DNA of 64,000 nt. It comes from Clostridia bacterium (GTDB taxonomy: Bacteria; Bacillota; Clostridia; TANB77; UBA1234). A program made the translations under genes and the position numbers. The stretch spans positions 1,567 through 65,566 of the forward strand of contig JAFUGE010000009.1 of assembly GCA_017469545.1 (NCBI GenBank), given 5' to 3'. Numbering within the stretch: the first letter of the stretch is position 1; each line of letters opens with the position of its first letter. The notes beneath the pieces were generated by a model that saw only the letters and a list, made by a program, of their open reading frames with translations, was not told the DNA's origin and did not search any database. Shown here one piece after another: positions 27,593 through 37,858 of this stretch.

Positions 27593-28888
27593 TTAGTTTA
27601 GGGCTAAGATACAAATGGCTGCGCATAGGCATTCTGGCGCAATCGCTGTGATTCCTAAGATTTGGTTCTTTTGTAGCATGGTAAGTTGTGGCATTGATAG
27701 CAGATATACGATAAATGCGGTTAAGTCGTTTTTGTCGTAGCTTTTGATTACTTTCTTTATTTCTGTTAGGCTCGTAATAGAGCTTTTAATAGCATTCCAA
27801 GAAAGTATCTTTTTGTAGCCGCCCTCGATAACGGACTTGTCGTAGACTTTCTTTACTTCTTCCAAAAGGGAAGAGAGCGAATAGATTTTATTTTCAGCTA
27901 CTTCGTAAATGGAAGCCGCTGTTTCTAAAATGTCCATCACATTGCTACTTGCAGTGAAGATTTCTGTGTTAAAGTTATGAATATATTTTGTAAAAGATTT
28001 TGTAGCAAGTTTTTCAATAGGGCTTACCTTTGGCAAATCCGTGAAAACACGCTTGTAGATTGCCTTGCAAGTATTGTTGTATTGCAAGGATTCTTTCACA
28101 GTGCCGAGATGGAACGTGTAGTAATTTCCTTCAAATTTTCCGAATAGCTTCATTGTGTCTAAGTAGCCCATTTCTATATTTTTAATAGATTGTTCTTTAT
28201 TGAAAAGAATGAAATTTCCTAAATCGTGTTTTGGCGAAATATAATGGATTTTGGCTTGCACATCGTCTGGCTTGCTGATGTGGTTCATACCGTGCATATC
28301 GACAATGACGAGTTCAGTAGCCCCACGCCTTAGCGCCATATCGAATGGTACGTTGTCTGTGTAGCCGCCGTCGACATAGTCCTTTCCGTCAATGTTATAT
28401 CTTTGCATAATTGGGAAGCACGCTGTACTTGCTAAGATATAGTCGGCGACTTTTCCCTCTTCCATTTCGTCTACGAATTTTTCTATTTTTTGCGGGGGAT
28501 TAAGGCACGTCGTAACAACGCCAAATTCAATATTCGTCGCGCGGAACTTTTTCTCGTCGCCTAGGGCACGAACTAATTCCTTTAACGGCTTAGGATCAAC
28601 GCCGCCAAGTTTCCCAAGTTTCAATACAAACTCGTCCATGGACTTGATAGAATTAATATCTTCGTCTGGCTTTTTCTCAAAGACCCTTTCCATATTCATA
28701 TTTTCCCAAATTTCGTAGGCGGCTTCGTCTTCGTGAATGGCAAGAAGTGCGCCAATCAGTGCGCCAACAGATGTACCAGTGATAATATCTGGCTCATATC
28801 CAATTTCTTTTAGGGCTTTCCACACGCCTACGTGGTAGCCGCCTTTGGCGCCACCACCACAAAGAACGAGCGCTTTTTTGTTTTCCAT
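27593..28888 (-). CDS. Patatin-like phospholipase with C-terminal helical extension
   Basis: Start 28888 after AGGAGG; 'CGGGAKGGYHVG' oxyanion loop, 'GTSVGA' nucleophile, 'VDGG' Asp. Confidence 0.85.
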   Translation of the reverse strand: MENKKALVLCGGGAKGGYHVGVWKALKEIGYEPDIITGTSVGALIGALLAIHEDEAAYEIWENMNMERVFEKKPDEDINSIKSMDEFVLKLGKLGGVDPKPLKELVRALGDEKKFRATNIEFGVVTTCLNPPQKIEKFVDEMEEGKVADYILASTACFPIMQRYNIDGKDYVDGGYTDNVPFDMALRRGATELVIVDMHGMNHISKPDDVQAKIHYISPKHDLGNFILFNKEQSIKNIEMGYLDTMKLFGKFEGNYYTFHLGTVKESLQYNNTCKAIYKRVFTDLPKVSPIEKLATKSFTKYIHNFNTEIFTASSNVMDILETAASIYEVAENKIYSLSSLLEEVKKVYDKSVIEGGYKKILSWNAIKSSITSLTEIKKVIKSYDKNDLTAFIVYLLSMPQLTMLQKNQILGITAIAPECLCAAICILALN

Positions 28889-28906
28889 AAATGTTCCTCC
28901 TTTTTT

Positions 28907-28959
28907 CGGGCGGCGTGTTACGCCGCCCCTACAGTAGGGACAGCGTAGCACGCTGCCCG
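28907..28959. repeat. Family A double palindromic unit
   Basis: CGGGCGGCGTGTTACGCCGCCCCTACAGTAGGGACAGCGTAGCACGCTGCCCG between the HD and patatin genes. Confidence 0.85.
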
Positions 28960-28976
28960 ATACGATAAATGCATTC

Positions 28977-29519
28977 CTATCTATTTTCATAAATATATGT
29001 AGCCATCAAATCGGCCAAGTGCGTGTACACGGCTAGCGGATATTTTTCATATGCTTTCGTGACGTATGAATAATTTTCTTTTGGCTCAAATCCCCCCATG
29101 TGCCAGCGGATGGCATAAAGTTCTTCTTTGGTAAGCTTGATAAATTCCGAGATAATCATGACTGATTTTTCGCCGTGACCGAGTGGCATTAAATCGTCTG
29201 TGGTGTAGTAAGGTTCTTTTACCCAGTCGCCATGCTCGTTTTTGCGATTGCGATAATCCACTTTATAATAATTGACTTTGCAGATATCGTGAAGGAGACC
29301 AACTAAAATTAATGTCTCGTCGCTCCATTGCCCTTTCGTTAATTCTTTTAATGCTTTATACACGTTTAAGCTGTGCTCTAGTAGTCCGCCTTCATAGCAA
29401 CTATGAAATCTCGTACTTGCCGGCGCCGTATAGAAATCGGTTTTTTCTAAAAATTCAATTAGCTTATCTACGCCGTCGCGATTCACACTTTTTAATAAAT
29501 TGATAAATTCTTCTTTCAT
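28977..29519 (-). CDS. HD-domain phosphohydrolase
   Basis: 'RFHSCYEGGLLEHS', 'LLHDICK', 'HGEKS', 'RWHMG' metal-ligand pattern. Confidence 0.75.
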   Translation of the reverse strand: MKEEFINLLKSVNRDGVDKLIEFLEKTDFYTAPASTRFHSCYEGGLLEHSLNVYKALKELTKGQWSDETLILVGLLHDICKVNYYKVDYRNRKNEHGDWVKEPYYTTDDLMPLGHGEKSVMIISEFIKLTKEELYAIRWHMGGFEPKENYSYVTKAYEKYPLAVYTHLADLMATYIYENR

Positions 29520-29853
29520 AAAAATTCCTCCATTTCAAAACTATTCTAACACAAATGTAATTAATATAGCAACTTAATTTGTTTGTACTACTATTTATGA
29601 TGTGATTTGTACATTGTTTTTTCTTGCCTCACATGGCTTCGCGGGATTCCGCTACGTCGTACAACTTCCTCGGCCTGCGAAAAAATAATATACAAATCGC
29701 ATTTATTAGTGCTGGTTATGTGGCCCGTATTTTTGACGGAACAAATTGATAAATTTTCTAGTCGGATAACTTGACACAAAATTTATTAATTATATAATAG
29801 AAGTGTAAAAATTTCTACGGAAGTAATGAATACAAAAGAGGGGGATTGTTAAA

Positions 29854-32448
29854 GTGAAAAGAAATATTTTTGTGATGCTTACAGTTTTATTAGTAATGGT
29901 TGGTACGCTTGTTTTTGGCGCTACTTTCTCAGATGTTAAGGGGACGAAGTATCAGGATGCTGTTGATTTGCTAACGACTTTAAAGATTGTCAATGGAAAA
30001 ACGACTACATCGTTTGCACCAAATGACAACGTGAAAAGATCTGAGATGGCAAAGATGCTTGTTATTGCTTTAGGAAAAGAGAGCGAAGCAACAAAAGCTA
30101 CGGGTAAAACGAAATTCCCAGATGTGGTAGAAAATCACTGGGCAACAGGATATATCAATGTTGCCACAGAGTTAGGCCTTATCAAGGGATATCCAGATGG
30201 CACATTTGCTGCAGACGATAATGTAAGTTATGTAGAAGCAATTACAATGCTTCTTAGGGCACTAAGCTATGAGGATGTGAATAATCTTGTTTGGCCTACA
30301 GGATATATTGAAAGAGGCAAGAACATTGGGTTAGTGAAAAATGTGACGGTAAGCAATTATGATGCTGGCGCTATCAGAGGCGATATTGCTATCTTAGTGG
30401 AAAACACATTGATGGCAAATACGCGTGAAATTATAGGAAGCGATTCTAAAGGAATGATATACGGCAATGGCGCAGTACTGATTAGCAAGAGTTTTAGTAA
30501 TTATCTATATTTTGCAAACACAGCAATTTCTGATATTGACGAAGAAAATGGAAAGATTACTTTAACAGATTCTAGTAATAAAAAGCAAACGCTTAAATAT
30601 AGTGGCAAGGATATTTTAGAGCTTTATGGTAAAGATGTTACTGCTTTATATGATAAGAGTGGAGAGAAGTTTTTAGAATTTACGGTAGCTCCTGAGTGTA
30701 AGACAGTACATGGTACGGTTACTAAAGTTTCTAAGAAAGAAATTTATATCAAGAAAGTTGCTTATACTTTGCCTGCTAGCAGCAAGATAAAGTTAATTGG
30801 TATTTCTGATATTGCCGATGCGGAAGAGGCTTATCTTACTGTTAAGAACGATGTTGTAACGCACGTCGTTGCAATTGGCGAAGAAGATTTGTACGTAGGT
30901 ATAGCAACAAGTAAGAGTGCAAAGTCTGGCAGTGTATATAAAGTTACTTTAATGGATTTAGAAGGAGAAAAAGATACCTTTACTTTAGCAGATCAATCGG
31001 CAACGATTAAGAAGAACGAAATCGTGATTTATGCTTTGAATGACGACGACGAATTAGTGATTAGATATCGTAGAGATGCAGACGATGGTCTTGCTGTAGA
31101 GAGTGTTTCGAAGACAGCATTAAAGTTGAAAGGCAAAACACAATATACCTTCTCAAGTAGCGATAAACTTGTGATTGTAGAAGTAGACGATGGCGAGATT
31201 GCTGAGAAGAGTGCCCTTACTTCTATTAATAAGAAATATGATACGGCACTTGTAATCGAGTCACAAGATACTACTTTCGTCATTTACTTTGTTGATGGAT
31301 TAGAAGACAACACTGCTATAGTAGACGACAATGCTTCTGCAACAAAAGCGATAGCAAAGAAGAGGTTGGAAGCAGCAATTAAATCTGCTAGTGCAAAGAA
31401 AGAAGCTAGCTATTCAGTAGCAACTTATGAGAAGATGCTTGAAAAATTAGATGCAGCAGAAACAATTTTAGCGAAGTATTCTTCTGCAACAATTACAAAT
31501 ATGGATAAAGCTTCATTGGCACTAGAAACTGCTATTGAAAACTTATCAAAAGCTACAACTTCTGATAAAACTTTAAGAAGTGATTTTGCAAAGCTAGAAG
31601 CTAAAATAACAGAGGCAAAGAAATTAGCAAAGAATACAGAATATACAGAGGCAAGCCGTACAGCGCTAACAAAAGTAATTACAACTTCCGAAAAAATTAC
31701 GTTAGCTAGTACAACATCTGCTAAAATCCAAACTGCTATTAATAACCTAAACGATGCAATAGACGCTTTAGTCAATACTGCAACAGAGGCAGAGATAGCA
31801 GATATCAAAGCAGAAATTACAGATCTTTTAAAAGAGGCTAAGGCTAAGAAAGAAGCAGATTATACCAAAGAGTCTTATGCAAGCTTAAAAGAAGCAATCA
31901 CAGCCGCAGAGGCAATTAAAGATTACTCAAAAGAGAGAATTTCAAAGCTTACGAATATCAGTAATAACTTGGCAACGGCAATCAAAAATTTAGTATCGTA
32001 TAATTCTCAGAATTTAGAAACGGCTAAGAAAGCATACAAAGCGGAAAAAGCCAAAGCAGATAAATTAGACGAGAATAATTATAAGGCTGCTACTTGGAAA
32101 GAAGTAGAGAAGTATCTTGTGGATATAGATAAAGAGTATAAAGACGTAGCAGAGGAAGAAATGGCAAAAGCCACAGCAGAAATAGAAAAGTTAACAGACA
32201 ATTTGAAAGAAGCTATGAATGGACTTATTTATACAGAGGAGTATAAAGCAAAAGAAGATTTAAGTTCAACGATTGCAGATGCAAAGAAGATTAAGGAGTC
32301 TGCTTGGAGTGAAGAGATTGATATTACTTTTGCAGAGTTCCAAACAAAGATTTCAGATGCTGAGAAATTGCTAAAGAGCACAACGGCTAGTGTAAGTGAA
32401 ATTGAAGCAGTGGAGAAAGAGTTACAAGGCTATATCAACAAGATTTAA
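29854..32448 (+). CDS. S-layer-homology (SLH) domain surface protein with C-terminal helical FIVAR-like repeats
   Basis: Signal peptide. SLH motifs 'FSDVKGTKYQDAV', 'FPDVVENHWATGYINVATELGLIKGYPDGTF'. Repeated 'YT.(E/A)S...L...I..AE'. Confidence 0.85.
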   Translation: MKRNIFVMLTVLLVMVGTLVFGATFSDVKGTKYQDAVDLLTTLKIVNGKTTTSFAPNDNVKRSEMAKMLVIALGKESEATKATGKTKFPDVVENHWATGYINVATELGLIKGYPDGTFAADDNVSYVEAITMLLRALSYEDVNNLVWPTGYIERGKNIGLVKNVTVSNYDAGAIRGDIAILVENTLMANTREIIGSDSKGMIYGNGAVLISKSFSNYLYFANTAISDIDEENGKITLTDSSNKKQTLKYSGKDILELYGKDVTALYDKSGEKFLEFTVAPECKTVHGTVTKVSKKEIYIKKVAYTLPASSKIKLIGISDIADAEEAYLTVKNDVVTHVVAIGEEDLYVGIATSKSAKSGSVYKVTLMDLEGEKDTFTLADQSATIKKNEIVIYALNDDDELVIRYRRDADDGLAVESVSKTALKLKGKTQYTFSSSDKLVIVEVDDGEIAEKSALTSINKKYDTALVIESQDTTFVIYFVDGLEDNTAIVDDNASATKAIAKKRLEAAIKSASAKKEASYSVATYEKMLEKLDAAETILAKYSSATITNMDKASLALETAIENLSKATTSDKTLRSDFAKLEAKITEAKKLAKNTEYTEASRTALTKVITTSEKITLASTTSAKIQTAINNLNDAIDALVNTATEAEIADIKAEITDLLKEAKAKKEADYTKESYASLKEAITAAEAIKDYSKERISKLTNISNNLATAIKNLVSYNSQNLETAKKAYKAEKAKADKLDENNYKAATWKEVEKYLVDIDKEYKDVAEEEMAKATAEIEKLTDNLKEAMNGLIYTEEYKAKEDLSSTIADAKKIKESAWSEEIDITFAEFQTKISDAEKLLKSTTASVSEIEAVEKELQGYINKI

Positions 32449-32457
32449 TCGAATGTG

Positions 32458-32498
32458 AAAAACGGATGGTAAAAATTTTACCATCCGTTTGTTTTTTT
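32458..32498. terminator. Bidirectional terminator
   Basis: AAACGGATGGTAAAA/TTTTACCATCCGTTT plus T-run. Confidence 0.8.
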
Positions 32499-32507
32499 GT
32501 TTCAAAT

Positions 32508-33254
32508 TTATAAATAAGGATTAATCGTATCATTATCAAATGTAACATTAATGCAATCGCCGATTGCATGCGGAACGCTAAACATGATAATGGTTTCGTC
32601 GTCCGTGAAAAATACTTTTGAATTTGAAATTTGTGTTTTGATTTCTTCGTCAGAAAAGCTTGTTAAATAAACGGCAAGCTGTTCGTTGGAAGCGGCAGTT
32701 TCTTTAAATAGAGTTACAAAGTCGTCTGTAATGTTGATTAGATCTGATGTCGGAAATTTTCTTAAATCGATTGGATGGATATTCAGAGCGGTGTTTGTAA
32801 CGGTTGGATAAGCAGCGCCTTTGATGGTTAATTCCCCCTCAGAACCGATGCTTATCAGTGATTCGCTTGTCAATCCCACATTGTATTTTTCCTCTAACGT
32901 CAATTCTAAAGTATCGATAGAATTTTCTGGGTCGTTAATGACATTCATAAAATTAGCCTTTGCAAATTCTTCAATTTTAGCATTCAAGTCTGCAAGTTTT
33001 GTATCTTTAAATTGCGGATATGTAATGCTTACCTTGATTAAGTCACTCGGTGAGTGGGAAAAATGAATGTCCGTATAATCGAAAGAATAAGCTTCTTGTT
33101 CGTCTTGTTCTTCTATATTTGTTTCGTCTTGTGTTTTTGCTTCTAGATTAGTAATATTATTTTCTAATTCTTCAGGGTTTAAATCGTCTACACCGCAGCT
33201 TATGAGCAGTGCTATACAGGTAAGTAGCGGAATTAAAATATATCGTTTTTTCAT
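32508..33254 (-). CDS. Lipoprotein, DUF3298/RsiV-like
   Basis: Start 33254 after GAGGAGG; lipobox 'LISCG'; 'ITYPQF', 'GAAYP....T.LNI' motifs. Confidence 0.5.
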   Translation of the reverse strand: MKKRYILIPLLTCIALLISCGVDDLNPEELENNITNLEAKTQDETNIEEQDEQEAYSFDYTDIHFSHSPSDLIKVSITYPQFKDTKLADLNAKIEEFAKANFMNVINDPENSIDTLELTLEEKYNVGLTSESLISIGSEGELTIKGAAYPTVTNTALNIHPIDLRKFPTSDLINITDDFVTLFKETAASNEQLAVYLTSFSDEEIKTQISNSKVFFTDDETIIMFSVPHAIGDCINVTFDNDTINPYL

Positions 33255-33403
33255 AAAAACCTCCTCAAAATATAGTAATAATATATCATTTTTTGTCAAA
33301 AATTGCAACTGTTTAATTTCTAGCACTATATTTGTATTAACGCTTTTGAAAAATCTTGCATATAATTTAACATAGGCAAATGGCCTATAAAGGGGGTAAG
33401 ATT

Positions 33404-33811
33404 ATGTGTTGTGATAGATTGTTTGGATGTTTACTTGCAGCTTTTATTAGTATATTTGTAGGAATTGCTGTAGGAATTTTATTCTTTTTTGGTGTCATTC
33501 CATTTGCAGTAATTGCGGTTGCTGTATCGATAGGAATTGCAATTCTCGCGCTAATAGGATTAGTCATATTATCTGTTTTGGATGGGAGAAGAGGCGATAG
33601 ATGTGTATGTATGTATGGAAATTGCTTGCTTACTGGGATTTTTGGAACTATCGTTACAGCGTTAATAGCACTTTCTATAATATTAACACCGTTAAATATC
33701 ATAGCGGCAATTGCGATTGCTATTTGGGCGTTCTTCTTTTCATTTCTATTAATTGCACTTATTATTTTTGTTAGATGCTTAATTGACACAAACTGTAGGG
33801 GAAGAGATTAA
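33404..33811 (+). CDS. Hypothetical polytopic membrane protein with Cys-rich termini
   Basis: RBS AAAGGGGG; 'MCCDRLFGC', 4 TM segments, 'DRCVCMYGNC', C-terminal 'RCLIDTNCRG'. Confidence 0.55.
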   Translation: MCCDRLFGCLLAAFISIFVGIAVGILFFFGVIPFAVIAVAVSIGIAILALIGLVILSVLDGRRGDRCVCMYGNCLLTGIFGTIVTALIALSIILTPLNIIAAIAIAIWAFFFSFLLIALIIFVRCLIDTNCRGRD

Positions 33812-33814
33812 TTT

Positions 33815-33880
33815 TATCCAAGGGGGATGGAGAAAAAAGGATAAAAATTTTTATCCATTTTCCTCCGTCCCCCTTGGATA
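33815..33880. repeat. Family B inverted repeat, shorter copy
   Basis: TATCCAAGGGGGATGGAGAAAAAAGGATAAAAA / TTTTTATCCATTTTCCTCCGTCCCCCTTGGATAG. Confidence 0.8.
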
Positions 33881-33950
33881 GTCCTTGCCAATTCGTAATT
33901 TGTGTAGTATAATCTTCCGTAGAATGGAAATAACGAAAGGGAGAATTCAT

Positions 33951-36344
33951 ATGGCATATAATCATAAAAAAGTGGAAGAAAAATGGGAAAAATATTGGGA
34001 GGAGAATCAGACTTTTGCTACAGATATCAGGGATTTTTCAAAGCCTAAATATTATGTTTTGGATATGTTTCCATATCCTTCAGGAGTAGGCCTTCACGCA
34101 GGACATCCAGAAGGTTATACGGCGACGGATATTGTGTCTCGTATGAGAAGAATGCAAGGATATAATGTTTTGCATCCAATGGGGTTTGACTCGTTTGGCT
34201 TGCCAGCTGAGCAATATGCTATCGATACAGGGAATCATCCTAATACTTTTACTTTGAAAAATATAGAGACATTTAGAACACAGCTTAAGAAGCTAGGCTT
34301 TAGTTATGATTGGGATAGAGAGATAATGACAAGTGACCCTAGCTTTTATAAATGGACACAGTGGATTTTTAAGAGATTAGTGGAAGATGGACTAGCTAGA
34401 TGCGTGGATATGCCGGTTAACTGGTGTGAAGAGCTTGGTACTGTGCTTGCGAATGACGAAGTCATTGATGGCAAGAGCGAAAGAGGCGGATATCCAGTGG
34501 TTCGTAAGAATATGAAGCAATGGATTATCGATATTCCGAAGTATGCTGAAAGACTTTTGGAAGGCCTAGAAGAAATTGATTGGCCAGAGTCGACGAAAGA
34601 AATTCAAAGAAATTGGATTGGAAAGAGTATCGGCGCAGAAGTGAAATTCGCTGTAGATGGCACAGACAAAGACTTTACGGTATTTACCACGAGATGTGAT
34701 ACGCTATTTGGTGCTACTTACTGCGTATTATCGCCAGAGCACAAATTGATAGACGAAATCACGACGCCAGAGCAAAAAGAAGCAGTTGAGAAATATAAGG
34801 CAGAATGTGCGTTAAAGTCTGATATGGAAAGAACAGAATTAAACAAAGATAAAACAGGCGTATTTACGGGAAGCTATGCCGTAAATCCTGTGAATGGCGC
34901 GAAAATTCCAATTTGGATTAGTGACTATGTATTAGTGACGTACGGTACTGGCGCCATTATGGCGGTTCCAGCGCACGACGATAGAGACTACGCTTTTGCA
35001 AAGAAGTTTGGCCTAGACATTATCCCTGTCATTGAGGGCGGAGACGTTACAAATGAAGCTTACACAGGCGATGGTGTCCATATTAATTCTGAATTTTTGG
35101 ATGGATTAAATAAGCAAGAGGCAATCAATAAAATGCTTGATTGGCTTGAGGAAAAGGGTTTAGGCAAGAAGAAAATTAATTATCGTCTTCGTGAATGGAT
35201 TTTTGCAAGACAAAGATATTGGGGCGAGCCAATGCCAGTCGTACATATGGAAGACGGCGATATTGTTTGCTTAAGAGACGAAGACCTTCCTCTTATTTTG
35301 CCAGAAGTAACTGATTACAAGAGCCACGGCGGAAATGCGCCACTTTCTAATGCAGTAGACTGGGTAAATGTAGAGATAGATGGTAGAAAGGGCAAAAGAG
35401 ATACGAATACAATGCCAGGAAGTGCGGGCTCTAGCTGGTATTTCTTAAGATATATCGACCCGCATAACGATAAGGAATTATGCGATAAAGAATTGATGCA
35501 GCACTGGATGCCGGTTGATTTGTATGTAGGCGGCCCAGAGCATGCAGTAGGCCATTTGCTATATTCAAGAATGTGGAACAACTATTTATTTGATAAAGGA
35601 ATTGCGCCAACAAAAGAGCCTTTCCAAAAGCTTGTTCACCAGGGAATGATACTTGGCGAAAATGGTATTAAGATGGGCAAGAGATACCCAGAGTATGCGA
35701 TTAATCCATTAGATGTTGTCAATGAGTATGGCGCAGATACATTAAGACTTTATGAGATGTTTATGGGTCCACTAGAAGCGGACAAGCCTTGGAGTAAGAC
35801 CGGGGTAGAGGGCGCTAGAAAATTCTTGGAGAGAATTTATCGTTTGTTTGAAAATGGTAAAGTGGTAGATGGCGAGAATCACAATTTAGAAAAGATTTAT
35901 CACCAGACAGTAAAGAAAGTCACAGAGGATTACGAGAAGCTTTCGTTTAATACGGCGATTAGTCAAATGATGATCTTTATTAACGCTGTGTACAAAGAGG
36001 AGAGCTTGCCAAGAGAATATGCTGAAGGTTTTGTGAAATTGCTAAATCCAGTTTGTCCATTTATGTCAGAAGAATTGTGGGAAATGTTGGGGCATCACAA
36101 TACGATTACGTATGAAACTTGGCCAACATATGATTTAGCAAAAACAATTGACGACGAAATCGAAATTCCTGTACAAGTCAATGGAAAGCTTCGTGGAAAA
36201 GTCGTAGTGCCAAAAGATGCAGCAAAAGAAGTTGTGGAAGAAGCAGTAAAAGCAAACGAAGAAGTCAAGAAATTTATTGACGGCAAAGAAATTGTCAAGG
36301 AAATTTATGTGCCGGGAAGGATGTATACGATTGTTGTTAAATAA
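33951..36344 (+). CDS. leuS: Leucine--tRNA ligase
   Basis: '[13 protein letters not shown]' (HIGH), 'KMGKR' (KMSKS-type), 798 aa. Confidence 0.95.
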   Translation: MAYNHKKVEEKWEKYWEENQTFATDIRDFSKPKYYVLDMFPYPSGVGLHAGHPEGYTATDIVSRMRRMQGYNVLHPMGFDSFGLPAEQYAIDTGNHPNTFTLKNIETFRTQLKKLGFSYDWDREIMTSDPSFYKWTQWIFKRLVEDGLARCVDMPVNWCEELGTVLANDEVIDGKSERGGYPVVRKNMKQWIIDIPKYAERLLEGLEEIDWPESTKEIQRNWIGKSIGAEVKFAVDGTDKDFTVFTTRCDTLFGATYCVLSPEHKLIDEITTPEQKEAVEKYKAECALKSDMERTELNKDKTGVFTGSYAVNPVNGAKIPIWISDYVLVTYGTGAIMAVPAHDDRDYAFAKKFGLDIIPVIEGGDVTNEAYTGDGVHINSEFLDGLNKQEAINKMLDWLEEKGLGKKKINYRLREWIFARQRYWGEPMPVVHMEDGDIVCLRDEDLPLILPEVTDYKSHGGNAPLSNAVDWVNVEIDGRKGKRDTNTMPGSAGSSWYFLRYIDPHNDKELCDKELMQHWMPVDLYVGGPEHAVGHLLYSRMWNNYLFDKGIAPTKEPFQKLVHQGMILGENGIKMGKRYPEYAINPLDVVNEYGADTLRLYEMFMGPLEADKPWSKTGVEGARKFLERIYRLFENGKVVDGENHNLEKIYHQTVKKVTEDYEKLSFNTAISQMMIFINAVYKEESLPREYAEGFVKLLNPVCPFMSEELWEMLGHHNTITYETWPTYDLAKTIDDEIEIPVQVNGKLRGKVVVPKDAAKEVVEEAVKANEEVKKFIDGKEIVKEIYVPGRMYTIVVK

Positions 36345-36346
36345 AC

Positions 36347-36415
36347 TGTAGGGGCGGCGTAACACGCCACCCGTTATACAAAGGGGTTCGGGCAGCGTGA
36401 TACGCTGCCCCTACA
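36347..36415. repeat. Family A composite element (two hairpin units bounded by TGTAGGGG / CCCCTACA)
   Basis: TGTAGGGGCGGCGTAACACGCCACCCG...CGGGCAGCGTGATACGCTGCCCCTACA, then TTTT, 2 nt after the leuS stop. Confidence 0.85.
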
Positions 36416-36484
36416 ATTTTGACGCGAATTTCTGTATATGGGATTAGATTATTAAATTGAAATAATTAAAAATGGAGGTTAAAT

Positions 36485-37858
36485 TTGAAGGAAAAAGTGA
36501 CCAATAGTTTCGAAAAAATTGCGGAAATGATTGCGAATAGTGGCGGCAGGATGTATCTTGTTGGCGGAGCGGTAAGAGATAAAATGCTAAAAAAAGAGAC
36601 GCATGATATGGACTTTTGCGTGACAGGACTTTCAGTAGAGGAATTTGCATCATTGTTTCCCGAGGCGAGAGTACAAGGCAAAGATTTTCCGGTATTTATC
36701 ATTAACGGATGTGAATTTGCGTTGGCGAGAAAAGAGAGAAAAGTCGGCGAAAAGCATACGGATTTTGAGATTTTGGCGGATAAGTCTATTACGATTGAAG
36801 AGGATTTATCGAGAAGAGATTTGACTGTCAATGCCATGGCAATGGATGTTTTGACGAAAGAATTGATTGACCCGTTTAACGGCGCAAAAGATATCGAGGC
36901 GAGAGTACTGCGAATGACGACAAATGCGTTTTGCGAAGATCCGCTTAGAGTATATCGTGTGGCACGATTTGCTGCAAAACTTGGATTTGAAGTTGAGGTG
37001 CACACGAAAGAAGTAATGCACGAAATGAATGAATCGCTTTCGGCACTTTCACCTGAACGAGTTTGTACAGAATTTCGAAAGGCACTACTCACAGACCACC
37101 CAAGTTTGTTTTTTAAGGTGCTCCGAGAGGCAGAGGTTTTGGACGTATATTTCAAAGAAGTTTATGATTTAATTGGAGTAGAGCAACCAATCGAATATCA
37201 CCCAGAGGGAGACGCATACCAGCATACAATGGAGGTATTAGACAGAGCAGCCCAAATGACCGTAGGGGCGGCGTATCACGCCGCCTGCAATGGCGCCTCA
37301 ACGGACCGTGGGCAGAATATTGTTGACGGGCAGCGTGCTACGCTGCCCCTACAGAGGCATACATTGGTATCAGACGAACAAACAGAACTCACTCGTTTTT
37401 GTGCGCTGGTGCATGATTTTGGAAAGGCCTCTACACCTAGAGAAATTTGGCCACATCATTACGGACATGAAGAAGCAGGGGTGTCACGAATAAAACAATT
37501 TTGTAGGCGATTAAAACTTCCCAATGTGTTTGAAAAAGCAGGGATTTTAACTTCCAAATATCATATGATGGCAGGAAGATATGATAGCTTAAGACCAGGC
37601 ACAAAAGTAAAAATGTTTGAAGCTATTTATGCCTCGAAAAGCTTGTCGTACGAGGGATTAGAAGTTGTGGCAAAGTGTGATTCAAAAGATAATGCTATTC
37701 ATTTTGCAGAGACGGCACGCCAAGTAATGGATATTGGTGCCACAGAAGAAATGAAAGAAAAGTGTGGCTATGGAAGTGGTAGCGATGGGGACTATCAGAA
37801 ATTAAAAGAAATGATATTGCAAAGGAGAATTCGAAAGCTAAAAGAAATAGAAAAATGA
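36485..37858 (+). CDS. cca: CCA-adding enzyme (tRNA nucleotidyltransferase with HD domain) carrying a repeat-derived in-frame insertion
   Basis: TTG start after GGAGG; 'LVGGAVRD', 'DMDF', 'RRDLTVNAMA', HD part 'HPEGDAYQHT ... LVHDFGK'. Confidence 0.85.
   Translation: MKEKVTNSFEKIAEMIANSGGRMYLVGGAVRDKMLKKETHDMDFCVTGLSVEEFASLFPEARVQGKDFPVFIINGCEFALARKERKVGEKHTDFEILADKSITIEEDLSRRDLTVNAMAMDVLTKELIDPFNGAKDIEARVLRMTTNAFCEDPLRVYRVARFAAKLGFEVEVHTKEVMHEMNESLSALSPERVCTEFRKALLTDHPSLFFKVLREAEVLDVYFKEVYDLIGVEQPIEYHPEGDAYQHTMEVLDRAAQMTVGAAYHAACNGASTDRGQNIVDGQRATLPLQRHTLVSDEQTELTRFCALVHDFGKASTPREIWPHHYGHEEAGVSRIKQFCRRLKLPNVFEKAGILTSKYHMMAGRYDSLRPGTKVKMFEAIYASKSLSYEGLEVVAKCDSKDNAIHFAETARQVMDIGATEEMKEKCGYGSGSDGDYQKLKEMILQRRIRKLKEIEK
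37262..37352. repeat. Family A composite element inside the cca reading frame
   Basis: GTAGGGGCGGCGTATCACGCCGCC...GGGCAGCGTGCTACGCTGCCCCTAC; translated as 'VGAAYHAACNG...GQRATLPLQ'. Confidence 0.85.

Noticed and set aside
27399-27632. ORFs 27399..27596(+), 27441..27632(-) and 33771..33965(-) sharing '[11 protein letters not shown]'.
   Set aside because: They are mirror-image translations of the family B inverted repeat in intergenic DNA. They are not genes.
33881-33950. T-box leader upstream of leuS.
   Set aside because: Only about 40 nt separate the likely -10 (TATAAT 33908-33913) from the start codon, far too short for a T-box. No specifier or T-box motif is seen.
36466-37155. Long antisense ORFs inside well-supported genes (for example 36466..37155, 9701..10174, 39217..39975, 19366..19668, 5487..5945, 31425..31808, 60407..60742).
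   Set aside because: They lie opposite CDSs with clear family motifs, lack RBSs, and have low-complexity Ser/Phe/Leu-rich translations typical of shadow frames.
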